Positions 53,001 through 63,930 of a stretch of DNA of 64,000 bases are shown piece after piece. The notes below the pieces were generated by a model, which was given only the letters and a program-made list of their open reading frames with translations, had not been told where the DNA came from and searched no databases. Each line of letters begins with the position of its first letter. Position 1 is the first letter of the stretch. The DNA is from Octopus vulgaris (taxonomy: Eukaryota), in the NCBI GenBank assembly GCA_951406725.2, contig OX597840.1, forward strand, positions 13,454,001 through 13,518,000, read 5' to 3'. The position numbers and the translations under genes were made by a program.

Positions 53001-56000
53001 TGAACCATCGGACAGCAACCATGCTACAGGCACCAGTTCCAAGGATTCGATCAGTCATATCAATTCCAGAACTTATATTTTTAAGTCCAGACTTTATTTT
53101 CTCGATCTCCATAAACACCAAGACTGGTAGTTTGTAAATAGTCAGTGAACCATGAAGCCATACACACACACACTCACATGCATGCACACACACATAGATA
53201 CATATATAAATGTATGACTTGTTTGAACCATCAGACACACAGAAGCATGCACACATATGCACACAGACACACATAAGCATGCACACATACATACACACAT
53301 AAGCAGGCACACAGACACACATAAGCATGCATACATACACACACATAAGCATGCACACATACACAAACATGTTCACATACACACACACACACAAGCATGT
53401 ACGCATACATACACGCATAAGCATGCACACATACACACATAAGCATGTACTCATACACACAGACATACATAAGCATGCACACATACACACACACACGCAT
53501 AAGGATGTACACACACACACACACATACACACACATAAGCAGGCACACTGACACACATAAGCATGCACACATACACACACACACATAATACACATATATG
53601 ACAGGCTTCTACACACTTTCTGGCTACCAAATTCCACTTGGATTTTCACTTTTCCATATATCATTGTTATGATACCTGTATATTATATCACTCTCCATAT
53701 ATCTATATTACCACCTATGTATTATTATACATTCTGTATATATATCTGTATATACATTCTGTATATATCGCTGTCTGTTATATTCATGTCACGGCATAAA
53801 CAGTAGTATCATTACCTATAAATTAGTAAATGCTGATGTCGGCATGAAAATTATACGGAAAATAAAATTAATATTAAAAGATTACACCCTTTATTTAGTA
53901 ATTACTTCAACACCACGTTTCTAGTGAAAACCCTTGCCAAGCTGGAGGGGAGTGATTCGCTCCCTTACTCACAATATATCAGACATAGGTTGTGTTTCTT
54001 ATTTACATTATTTACATTTGACGGATATTTGTCCTCACCTTGTTTGTTGTTAACACAACGTTTCGGCTGATATACCCTCAAGCCTTCTTCAGGTGTCTTG
54101 GGGAAATTTGGAACCTGGGTTCTCATTCCCCAAGACACCTGATGAAGGCTGGAAGTTATATCAGCTGAAACGTTGTATTAACAACAAACAAGGTGAGGAT
54201 AAATATCCGTTGAATGTAAATAATGCACATAATTCCTCATCTCTTAAATATAGAACTGTATAGGTTGTGTGTCGTTAACCAGCTGGAAAAGTCGTTTTCC
54301 TGGGGCTAAAATGTAGTAACAGCGTTTTAAGATTTTATGCTTGTAAGTCTTAAAGATATCAGTATGTATCAAAAACAAATAAATAATGCAGAATAATTAA
54401 CCATAAAAAAATTTAGCGGAAAGACAGATCCAAAGGAGACAAACTCCAAAATATGCCACTCTACTGTAACATCCTTGATTCATTGCTTCATCCACGTGAA
54501 TTTACGAGAAATCCCATGAATGAAGTGAGATTGTTTTCCAGAATGGAGGTAAACACCTTTCTCCATGTGATCGGCTTGAAAAATTAAGACACTATTTTGC
54601 TACTTTTCTTAATATGAAACCACTGGTAGCCTTAATTAACAAATAAAGAAATTATATATCCACTAATGTGGTGTTGAGCACTCTTTTCTTCATTCGACAT
54701 TTACATGCACACACACACACACACATACATATATATAATAACATGCGTTGCTGTGTGAAGGTGCAGGTGTGGCTGTGTGGAGGTGGAGGCGTGGCTGTGT
54801 AGCAAGAAGCTTGCTTCCCAACCAGATCGTTCTGGGTTCAATCACACCTTGAACAAGTGTCTTCTACTATAGCCTTGGAGTGACCAAAGCCTTGTGAGTG
54901 GATTTGGTAGATGGAGCTTGAAAGAAGCCCGTCGTATATTTACTTTGCATATATCTGTGTTTGTGTCTGTTTGTCCCCACTCTGCCATCACTTGATAACC
55001 AATGTTGGTATGTTTACATCCAGTAACTTAGCAGTTAGGCAAAAGACGCCGATAGCATAATTACTAGGCTTACAAAGAATACGTTCTAGGGTCGATTTGT
55101 TCAACTAGAAACCCCTTACTAGACTAGAAACATTGTCCAAGAATAAAATAATTGACTGTATTTCCAGCTTCAATTGACTGACTTTGAAAACGCTGCCCTT
55201 GTTGTATTTATGGTTCTTCTTACTCGAGCCATTGTTACCTTCAAACTGAACCTTTTGGTCCCAATAACAAAGGTAAATATTGATTTCTCTACAATAAATA
55301 TTGAACTCTTTCATTTAACTAAAGATATATATGAACTACAGTTGGCGTTTAATTATATCTCAAAACATTGCTTTCTTAAGATTGTTTTTTAAAAGTTAAT
55401 ATCTTTTTTAATCATGAAACATTTTTAAATATTTACACTATATTTCAACCGGTTTGGCTTCAGCCACTATCATGTTTTAGGTTTTGGGATGGAAACAGGA
55501 AACTGCTTCGTGAGATTAGGGCAAAGCAACTGAGATTTCTAGGAACAGCGCCTGGAAAATTTATAACCAGTTCTTTTTCTTAAATCATTTACAATCTGCC
55601 GCATGTCACAGCCCATGTTTCACTGTCATGTAGCATAGCTGTTTGCACACAGGCATCATACAATCTACCTTTCACTCTAAGGTGGGGTCCCATTGTTAAT
55701 AACAAAACTGGTAGCTCTCTGTACTTTGCCCAGCTTGTTCTTATTCTAGCAACTATGCTCTCAGAACTTCTTCCACCACTGTTAACTTGATCATTTGGGT
55801 AATGGAAGTTATCTTCTGCTTCCAAGGATTTTCACAGATATTTGAAGAAGCTTATTTTCTGTACCTTCCGAGTTTTTATTGTACCCACTCATCTGTCACA
55901 CATAAAGACTACTTTCTCTGTTAATTTTCCTGTAGCACTGCTGCACCTCTTATGTATCCATAGCTTGCACTGGGTACCCTGTATGAAGTACCTACAAACA

Positions 56001-56703
56001 CATTTTCTACATACGATCAGTGTTAGTGATTTGTCCACTTTTGCTACTTACTAGAACTTTGTTCAATACCTGAAAGTTCTTTAGTTCTTGTAGGGATTCA
56101 GCTACAAAAACAAGGTCATCAGCTAGAGAAGCTCCCAAGCGCAGCCAGTCTTAAATTCCACTGTTATGTCCTGGAGGACTATGATAAACAAGAGGAGGCT
56201 GAGAACTGATCCTTGGTGAACTCCTACCTGTACACTAAATTCCTTGCTATGCTCATTGCTGATTTTCACCTTATCGACATCTCTGCACATGGCAGGTACA
56301 GCTCTCACCAACCACTCATCTATCCCTTGCTTCCACATTAATCACAAGGTAAGAGAGTGGAGGATCTTATCACCGGCTTTCTCCATATTGCTAAAAGCCA
56401 AGTACAGAGGTTTATTTTTGGCTAAATATTTTCCCTACAGTTGTCTTAATAGTTAATATCACCAGAAAAGGATTAAGTCTGAACAACTCAATATTACACA
56501 TGACACACTAATGTATTTTATTCTCTCCGTCTTTTTTGTAATAATATATATATATATACTATGTCATTGGCCAGTGCTGGTGAGTCATAAAAGGCACCCA
56601 TTACACTATTGGAGTGGTTGGTGTTAGGAAGTGCATCCAGCTGTAGACACCAAGCACAATCAGACTAAAGCCTGGTATAGCTCTCTGGCTTACCAGTTCC
56701 AGA

Positions 56704-56743
<40 letters not shown>

Positions 56744-59700
56744 TAATCGAAGTGTGCAATATTATATATCCATTACAGCTGATCGGTTTCACATCAGGAG
56801 TTCAAAGGTGCGTTAGGTAACAGTCCAGTTAAGCAACCCTGCGCTCTTTAAAGGTAGCTGTTATGGAATGTAGAATGATGGCTACCTCTGAAGAGCGTGG
56901 GGTTATATAATTCAACTGTTACCTAACACTGTGCGAAACCGATTGGTAAGATCTGCTGTGGTGGATATATAATATTGTAGACTTTGATTAATATACCCAC
57001 TGCTGACAGATATATGAGTGCATTTTTTCCTGACTTATGGACTCTTAGACAGCTTACAGATACACACACACACACATATATATTCAATGTATCATATAAT
57101 ATACCCGAAAAAGAAGAACATTCCAAGGCATAGACGTAATGTATTTTTATGTAGTTAAGTCTAAGTGCGGTCATAGTGATCAATGGTTTCGCATCAAGCC
57201 CTATGGATGGTTCGTCAGACTCTAAAGCCGAAGGCCCATATAACTCTTCAACCCTGGAAGGCAGGAATCCGTTATGGTCTGTTAGCAAGTAACCGAAGAA
57301 TAAGCAATACAGGTCGGCGAGGATGGGTTATCTCCTTTAGACCGGTTCATCTGGGCCAAAATGTGTGTGTGTGTGTGTATTAAAATATCTTCTTACATGT
57401 AATTTTTCCTTCTCCAAGGTTACTGAAAACTTCCCACCAGCACAAAAACGAGATGCCATTACTAAAGAAAAGTTTTACTTCAGGAAAAATGTTCAACAAG
57501 GTAAGAATTGAATTTCTTGGAAATTCTGAGAACGAAAACACAATTTTAACTTTGACTAAATTTTGTAAAGGATTAAAAAATCTAATAGGGATACCCAAAA
57601 CGGCCCCTAATATTTTCTTGTTTAGACACAGATCATAACAATCAAGAGTTGCGATATCCTTAGTCATCATAAACAGTATTTAAGGATTTCTCGATGTTAC
57701 CATATGGGTATATATTTTCTGTATGGAACACTATGTATCTAAAATACCCGGAGGTTAGGGTGACTGGGTTACGAATACACAGACAAGCACCGTTATTTAT
57801 CACCGAACATGCACAATTAAATGTATTTACTATAGCTAATCTATAATTTTTTCTGCTAATTAGAAGTCGCTGATTGTGAACTAACTGGTGATATTTATAC
57901 CTTGATGACTCTAAACGAAATCATGAATGGAAAGGTAAAAGATATTTTTAATAATCCTTTAATCTTTAACTCTATATATTTCATTGTAAATGCTAGTTTT
58001 TCTAAACATCAACTTGTGATTTCCCTAGCCACGTCATTAGCGATGTTTCAGAAGTCACTGGACATTTTGCATCTATTATCAATCAGACAATTTCATACAA
58101 GTAACACAGCCATTGTAAATCAAGTTCAAGCATAGCAAGTTCAAGTTAGCATGGGGCCTTTCAGATTTGTGCTAACTGATCACATATTATGAATCAGTTT
58201 AAAAAACATGACTAGTTTTGATATTATATTTGAACTTCTATCATGTCAATAAGGAATAGTTAAGTTTTGAATCCAAAAATTGGTAAGTTTCTGTATCAGG
58301 AAGCATTTCTGTAAAGGAAAGCTTTTAGTAAAACTGAGTAAGTAAAATCCTTAGCTGGGGACCAGAGTGGAGGCTCTCAACCAATATTCTGCTATGGGTG
58401 CTGCTGGATGACAGATTCTGGTGATGTTGTTATTCCATACTTTCCGATCCACAGCGCTGGCCTAAGCAGTCTTGTGGTCGAGGCACTGCAAGTAAAATCT
58501 GTAGCTGGCGACTGGAGGGGAGGCTGTCCTCTCATCCAATATGCTGCTGGATGACGGACTCTGGCGACAATGTTATATCACACTTTCTGGTCCATGGTAC
58601 TGGTCCATGGTACATTCTTGACGTCAAGACGCTGTAACTTCAGGACTTCCACAATTTGTTTTGCTCATGTCTTCTGGATTCTTCAGTGCAAGGTTCACTG
58701 TTACCACAAAAGTGAGTGTAGTAGTCTTTCAGTGCTCATCCTGCAGACGTGGCCAAACCACTGAGGCCAGCATTGCTGGACTTGATCTTTAGTGGTCGGC
58801 TGCTGCTGGCATTGTACAACATTGCTTGCTTCGCTCAGCTTTAAAGACTCAGGATCAACAGGGACAAGAAAAAAGTCCTAACAACGGATGGCTTCCTAGC
58901 CATTGTGCATCTTGATGGCATTCAGATTAAAAACTGTGAAAAGAGAAGAATCATCATGGAAGCTGATGAGTTTATTAATCCTCTCTGAACTCTTGTATTG
59001 AATTTCCATTCAATAACTTGTAGAGTTGAAATAATTTCCAAGAGATTAGTTAATCTGAGATTTGATAAGATCAATTACTGTGAGAAGAGGGAAGAGGGTA
59101 GAATCTCTAGAAGTGCTTTCTCATAAAAATATTAAAAAACTTTTGTAACCAGCTGTCCGACCTCTTAAACAATTTCGAAACTTCAGGGAAGAAAACTGAA
59201 ACTATTTAATTATTTTGCTTCTATTGCCAACAGGATAATTTCCCTTATTTGCTTCCTCTCATCTACACACATCACTAATTTTCCTTGTCATAATTTTCTG
59301 CAATTCATCGTTAGTCTTCTCTCTAGTGTTTTAATGATTCACCACATTTTATGTTAGAAATCATCATAGTTTCATTAAAAGCGGGGTCAAAGACTGCCAT
59401 AAATATATTCCAGATTATATAATGAAATTTTCTTTGGTCAACATCTCCAACAGAAAAACTCAAACTATTTCCAATCCTTTTGATTCTATTCTCAACAGGA
59501 TGATTTCCCTGGTTTAATTCCTCTCATACACAAATATCTTGATCATGTTGACTACGATTCCAGTAAAAGACCTAAAATAATGCAATACCTGAAATTTCTC
59601 TCAGACAAAGCTGCAGGTAAGACGATTCTCATTTGTTTTCATCAATATTAAACAAATGTTATTAGAAACATTCAACCTTAAAACTCATTGTTGAAAGTAT

Positions 59701-60628
59701 TTATTTAAATAAAAATTCGACATAGGTTTCCATAATCGATATTTATATAATATATGTCCATCATTCCATTAACAATTAAAATCCAAATGTTTAAAATTAA
59801 GGAAAATATCGCGTTTACTACACAAAGAAGATTATCTCCCATGCAATAGAAATGTCCAAGCTTGCTTCCCAATCACATGGTTCTAGGTTCAGTCCCACTG
59901 CGTGGCATTTTGAAAGTGTCTTCTATAAACTCGGGTCAACCAAAGCTACGTGAGAGGATTTGGTAGACGGAAACTGAAAGAAGCCCGTCGTATGTGTGTC
60001 TGTGTTTGTCCCCCCACCACTTGACATCCAGTGTTGGTGCGTTTACATCCATGTAACTTATTAGATCGGCAAAAGGACTGATAGAATAAGTGCGAGGCTT
60101 TAAAAAGTGCTAATGTTGTTTGATTCCACAGAAATTCACCAAGGCAGTGCTCCAGCATGGCCGCTGTCAAATGACTGAAGCTAGAAGACAAAACACACAC
60201 ACATACACAGACAGAGAGATGCATACACATATAGTAAAGACCGTTTTTGGTCGCGAATGACCATTGCATTGCACCTAGAAAGTTCCCATCTGAGGCAACT
60301 GTCTGGGCAAGGTTGTTCATGTAAGACCAGGCATCACCCATGCATACCAGCTTCCCTTCTCCACGTAACCGATGTTATCCAAGGGAAAGGCTAAAGGGGC
60401 CGATACAGTTTGGCACCAGTGACATCGCAGCTCATTTCTGCAGCTGAGTGAACTGGAGCAACGTGAAACAAAAAGAAAACCCAGTCCGGGAATTGAACTA
60501 GCATCCCGAATATAAGTCCCACACTTAACCACTGTGGTATGCACCTTCACAAAAAGTTGTCGACAAACAACCACGTGATTTTATATATACACATATGATT
60601 GAAAACGTACGCACTCATTAATATTTTA

Positions 60629-60669
<41 letters not shown>

Positions 60670-61099
60670 CTTTTGCTCTTGTACTTGTTTCAGTCATTTG
60701 ACTACGTCCATGCTGGAGCAACACCTTAAAGGGTTTTAGTCGAACAAATCGACCCCAAGACTTATTCTTTGTAAGCTTTGTAGAAACAATTATCACTGCT
60801 AAAACTATTAGGGCTTTATCTATTTGTACCTCATTTGACGAAGCCAGGATATTGTTACAGAATACACCAAATAATTTCCATCTGAAATGAAAAACGAATT
60901 ATTTATTATTCTAATTTATTTTTATCTTACAGGAAAGATAATGACAATGGCCCAATGGACAAGACAGTTTGTAAGAAATCATGAAGATTACAAGAATGAT
61001 TCTGTTGTCAGTGAAAGAATCGCTTATGATTTTATGATGGAATGTGAAAAGATTGTCAACAGTGAAGAACGATTTCCACAAGCTTTTATCAGGAGTTAA
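30647..61099 (+). CDS. GCLC: Divergent glutamate-cysteine ligase catalytic subunit-like gene (copy B), 16 coding exons, 1821 nt CDS, about 606 aa
   Basis: Hand-spliced exons join in frame with GT-AG introns and no internal stops, collinear with eukaryotic GCLC from the N-terminus (TWEE...WGDE) to the C-terminus (YKNDSVVS). The symbol denotes family; orthology to canonical GCLC is doubtful. Confidence 0.92.
31683..31899. repeat. About 96 bp inverted repeat (foldback) between (TA)n tracts in intron 1
   Basis: 31683-31778 is the near reverse complement of 31803-31899. Confidence 0.85.
32106..32212 (+). CDS. GCLC: GCLC-like coding exon 2
   Basis: tttcAG|TEYSLIRFDHEERVVQLPLTSTSFFESPQVQALES, donor GTGAGT, phase 2. 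Confidence 0.92.
32525..32912 (+). mobile_element. Tx1/L1 RT fragment in intron 2
   Basis: SIRQRCPLSPLLYVL, SAYGDDVTII, GRWTEGPVK; related to 8254-9096. Confidence 0.8.
33647..33754 (+). CDS. GCLC: GCLC-like coding exon 3 (5' boundary uncertain)
   Basis: (S)LWTPEYAEFMMEGKPRNPFGTAITDLNRTEEHFIE(R), donor GTAACC. The only nearby in-frame AG is a weak caaAG at 33646. Confidence 0.82.
34808..34873 (+). CDS. GCLC: GCLC-like coding exon 4
   Basis: ttttAG|RKAIKQFLGPNESLVSLTAFP(R), donor GTGTGT. Confidence 0.9.
35904..36020 (+). CDS. GCLC: GCLC-like coding exon 5
   Basis: tttcAG|LGCPNFSFPSYEVNKHPTEFYKSVFVPDGALSSRLPLF(L), donor GTGAGT. Confidence 0.9.
38012..38923 (+). mobile_element. Internally deleted mariner element with intact TIRs, carrying a SINE insertion
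   Basis: TIRs TATCGGGTTGTCCGAAAAGTTCGTGCCGATTT and AAATCGGCACGAACTTTCTGGACAACCCAATA; ORF HPPYSPDIAPSDFHLFRSLQNSL. Confidence 0.92.
38189..38517 (+). mobile_element. Young tRNA-derived SINE
   Basis: TSD AATTCTGTAAC; almost identical to 40139-40469. Confidence 0.92.
39013..39071 (+). CDS. GCLC: GCLC-like coding exon 6
   Basis: ttttcaAG|NMRENFTTRKEERISINVP, donor GTAAGT, phase 1. Confidence 0.9.
40139..40469 (+). mobile_element. Young tRNA-derived SINE inserted in a Tc1-like end (CAGGGTTGGCCAAAAGTCACC at 40083)
   Basis: TSD AATCCCAAGATTT. Confidence 0.92.
41952..42169 (+). CDS. GCLC: GCLC-like coding exon 7
   Basis: tttcAG|(I)YKDKNTMMPYGEDMSEYGDNEEMKKYLTPGFIYMDAPVFGAGCCSLQVTFQAADIKEAAYLYDNLVPLTPIM, donor GTAAGG. 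Confidence 0.95.
42469..42760. mobile_element. Short element with about 59 bp inverted arms
   Basis: 42469-42527 versus 42656-42714; the tail GCAGCTACTGTTTATACCTAGCTCAGAGATTTATTATTG matches 4530-4568. Confidence 0.75.
43300..44900 (-). mobile_element. Degenerate CR1/L2/Jockey-group LINE (APE domain and linker)
   Basis: Minus strand YRPP, FLTGDFNF, PTKENNILDLCFTN, SATGPV-like pre-RT motif. Confidence 0.8.
45415..45531 (+). CDS. GCLC: GCLC-like coding exon 8
   Basis: ttttcAG|LPFTAAAPIHRGFLTDVDTRWLSLSQSCDDRTRQERGLE, donor GTGAGT. Confidence 0.95.
46095..46977 (+). mobile_element. Non-autonomous mariner derivative with about 200 bp inverted arms
   Basis: HTH-like RITIRELSEDVQISYGSVQSIITEDLGMRR; about 46095-46290 is roughly the reverse complement of about 46785-46977. 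Confidence 0.85.
47080..48640 (-). mobile_element. Degenerate Tc1/mariner (maT/DD37D-like) transposase interrupted by a SINE at 47295-47770
   Basis: Minus strand WQQDSAPCH, FWLPNSSDCHAMDYY, LNEDLSYNSYKRRKGQILT. Confidence 0.8.
49313..49451 (+). CDS. GCLC: GCLC-like coding exon 9
   Basis: catttAG|PLTNGSVFIPTTRFDTVCSYLSVSDQFYNDYDYSYDPEQYELLKAE(G), donor GTATTT. Confidence 0.92.
50289..50398 (+). CDS. GCLC: GCLC-like coding exon 10
   Basis: aatcAG|VDEMMAKYVAQLLVRDPITLYKEKVHQDVEDTDHIQ, donor GTGAGA. Confidence 0.93.
51205..51320. repeat. About 26 bp minisatellite GTGCCACATAAAAAGCACTGGTGATG
   Basis: Four to five imperfect tandem units. Confidence 0.8.
52696..52782 (+). CDS. GCLC: GCLC-like coding exon 11
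   Basis: ttttAG|TIIGSNWHTLKLKLPDEKSGWKIEFRTME, donor GTAACA. Confidence 0.93.
53235..53595. repeat. CA-rich minisatellite (CATAAGCATGCACACATACACA)
   Basis: Direct reading. Confidence 0.92.
54007..54225. repeat. Foldback element with about 100 bp arms, each containing a minimal hammerhead ribozyme motif
   Basis: 54007-54105 is the near reverse complement of 54126-54225; CTGATGA-stem-GAAACGTT core. Confidence 0.82.
55168..55272 (+). CDS. GCLC: GCLC-like coding exon 12
   Basis: ttccAG|LQLTDFENAALVVFMVLLTRAIVTFKLNLLVPITK, donor GTAAAT. Confidence 0.95.
55595..56450 (-). mobile_element. Degenerate RTE-group LINE RT fragment
   Basis: GIDEWLVRAV, FSVQVGVHQGSVLSLLLFIIVL, VKGRLYDACVQTAMLHDSETW. 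Confidence 0.85.
57419..57500 (+). CDS. GCLC: GCLC-like coding exon 13
   Basis: ctccaAG|VTENFPPAQKRDAITKEKFYFRKNVQQ, donor GTAAGA. Confidence 0.92.
57864..57934 (+). CDS. GCLC: GCLC-like coding exon 14
   Basis: aattAG|(E)VADCELTGDIYTLMTLNEIMNGK, donor GTAAAA. Confidence 0.88.
59499..59616 (+). CDS. GCLC: GCLC-like coding exon 15
   Basis: caacAG|DDFPGLIPLIHKYLDHVDYDSSKRPKIMQYLKFLSDKAA(G), donor GTAAGA. Confidence 0.93.
60933..61099 (+). CDS. GCLC: GCLC-like terminal coding exon 16
   Basis: cttacAG|KIMTMAQWTRQFVRNHEDYKNDSVVSERIAYDFMMECEKIVNSEERFPQAFIRS-stop. Confidence 0.93.
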
Positions 61100-63599
61100 G
61101 GAAACATTCCAAGAACTTTATCGCATATTTAATTAACTGAGCTACAGAGAACGTTGTCTACATAACCAAACTAATTTACATCACACTAACTAAACAGGAT
61201 ATATATATATAAATGGAATTAAACACAGGTTTTATTCAAATTCTTTTACTTCCGACACATGTTTCAAAGATATCACTTGTATTATTCAAAAAACAATCTC
61301 TTACAAATTATCTCTTCACATAATATTAACTTGTTAAATATTGGTACATTTACTAATACTAACATTAATTTAGCTAATACCATCCATCCCCCTAGAAATA
61401 TTAATAACAATGTTATTGTATTTGAAGTCAATTACAACACAATCAAGTTTGTGTCAAGTAACTCTAAAATTAAAAATCCCATATTCCATTGTAAAATTAC
61501 TAATGGTAATGAAGTATTTTTTTTTATATAAGAAGCACATCTTCTCAGTTATCTAAAAGAATTTCTAATCATTACTATACATTTAGGGATAGGAATAAAC
61601 GTAACAGTACAGGGCTTAATAAATTAATTTTGGATCTAAAAGACCACAATAAACAATTTAATTTAGATTGGTTGATTCTTTCAATCTCGATACCTTATGA
61701 CAAGGAATTCTGTCTTTGTAATTCTCAACTATTTTTTATACTTTTTTCTAAAAATCCGCTTGTAAACACGGTTATAGAGCGTGCATACCGATGTAAACAT
61801 TGACTCCAGCATGGCCGCAGTCAAATAACTGAAACAAGCAAAAGAAGACACAAATAAAGGAATATAAATATCATATTTAGATATACATACACACATTCTT
61901 ACATTTTCTTGTTTCGGTCAAGCTGGACCACTACCTTAAGGGATTTGAACCAAATAAATGGCCCCCAGAGCTTATTCTCTGTAAGCCTAGTACTTATTAC
62001 TCTGATATAAGAAATCAATTTCGTTATAGCTGCCACAAAAGGTGTATTTTCTGTCATGAAAAAGTACAAAAAAATGTCAGCTGGAGGAAGGAGAGATTGT
62101 CAGAGGTTGGCGAGATGCAACGGCATAATTCTGCTTAGCGATGGCATCTGGAAAATGTATAACTGCTGTCATTCACAGAAAAATTATTATTTTACCGTGA
62201 GAAGAGCGCTGTTGAAGTGTTAAGTGAAATTTGGTAATCAAGGATCGAACCCATGCTATGCCTGCATGAAGCCACTACAAATACGTTGTGGAATAAAAAA
62301 TTTACCTACTGTCATGGAAAAAGTGTAACAGTAAAAATGCAGAATTATTGGAGTAATGGGCATTCAAAAACATATGAATGTATAGAAATGTATGAATGAA
62401 GTCTTTAAAGTTTAAGATTCAAATTAAGGAAGTGCAATAATAATGTTTAGCAGTTCAAAACTGTGAGCAATGAAATGCAGAATTAGGTCGGCTGATCGTG
62501 CGAATCAAATGTTGATTGCTTCACTAAAATCTGCAGATGGTATGGGTTACTTCCTTTGGGTTGTTTAAATATTAGTAATATATGGTAGATAGAAGGATCC
62601 ATTGGAAGGGCCCTATTATCGATATTTTCAACAGTCTAAGTATGTCATGAGGTTTCGAGACATGAGTTCTACTCACGTGTCAAATAAAGTATGAAAGTGA
62701 TAATGTCTGCAAAATTAGAAATAGGACACACAAAAAATCAATATTCAAAGTAATCGAACATAAACCATGAAATGGGATATTTCCTTTGAGTGTTTAAAAA
62801 ATAGTGCTATGAGTTATTTCCCTTGGGTGTTTAAAAAATATTTGTTTTATGAGGTAGATATAAAGGTCCCTTTTTTCATCAATTTTCATTGAAATCAATA
62901 AAACGATGTAGGAGGAGTTAGCTAACATAATCAAATACAGAGATCGTGCCCCTCGTGGCCACAGTCCACTCACTGATTGTTTTAACTAATGTTGCTATAA
63001 ACTTTTTATAACATAATAAACAAATTTCTATCATGCTTTATTGTAACGACATTTTGAAAATAAATGAAATATCAAAGTTGTGAAAAGAGCATAAACCTCT
63101 GTTTTGTTTTTTTAAACAGACTTCTTAAGAATATTTTCGTTAACTTGAATGCAGTAAATTAGCTACCGAGAGAGACTCAAAACGTTAAGGCTTTAATCCC
63201 TGGAACGAAGGCGGAAAAAACAATCTGCAATATACATCTGAGAGATTCTGGAATGACTTGTCCCAAACTTTGGCATTGAAATAATAATAATGATAATTAT
63301 GATGATGATGATGTAATAGTAGTAGTAAAAGGATTGGCATAACTTTTCACAAAAATAAACAGACAAGACGAAAAACGCGAGGCGATTGCAATAGATATTT
63401 TATTGGTTGAACGATATTTCAACAGCAAGTATGTCTTTGACGAGTTCAAAATAAAAAGTGAAAGAAATTCAAAATTATGGAAATACAAATCTGAAGTATG
63501 AACGAGAGCAACCAGCGTCCACACGCTTAAGTTGCAATTTTATAACTGGTGAAAAGAAAAAGACAAGAAAGAATGAAGAAAAGGAAAAAAAGAATATTT

Positions 63600-63930
63600 A
63601 ATCAAACAGTTTTGTACAAATTTGATGATATTCTCCTGTCATTTTATTCATTCCTCCAGGGCGTGATGTTAAAAAAAGCACAAACATATTTCTCTTCAGG
63701 CAATTTGAGAAGTGAAAATGAAGTAGATTCAGAATATTTTTTGAGAATATGTACTTTAAAATCTTTTTCAAAATTGCAGCCGTTTGAAGTAAAATGTTCG
63801 GCAAGTTCTGTGGAACTACTGTTATTGTGCCTGACGTAATATCTGTGCCCATTAAACCTTTTGTTTAATTGTTCTGTGGTAAAACTAACATAAATCAAAT
63901 TATGTTTCGTGCATTCTGCAAGATGACAAG
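63600..63930 (-). mobile_element. Penelope-like GIY-YIG endonuclease remnant
   Basis: ORF 63644-63898 (-): YVSFTTEQLNKRFNGHRY...LAEHFTSNGCNFEKDFKVHIL. Confidence 0.7.

Noticed and set aside
30647-61099. Horizontal transfer of a bacterial glutamate ligase to explain the divergence
   Set aside because: The protein is collinear with eukaryotic GCLC and has 15 spliceosomal introns, several at positions I recall being shared with vertebrate GCLC.
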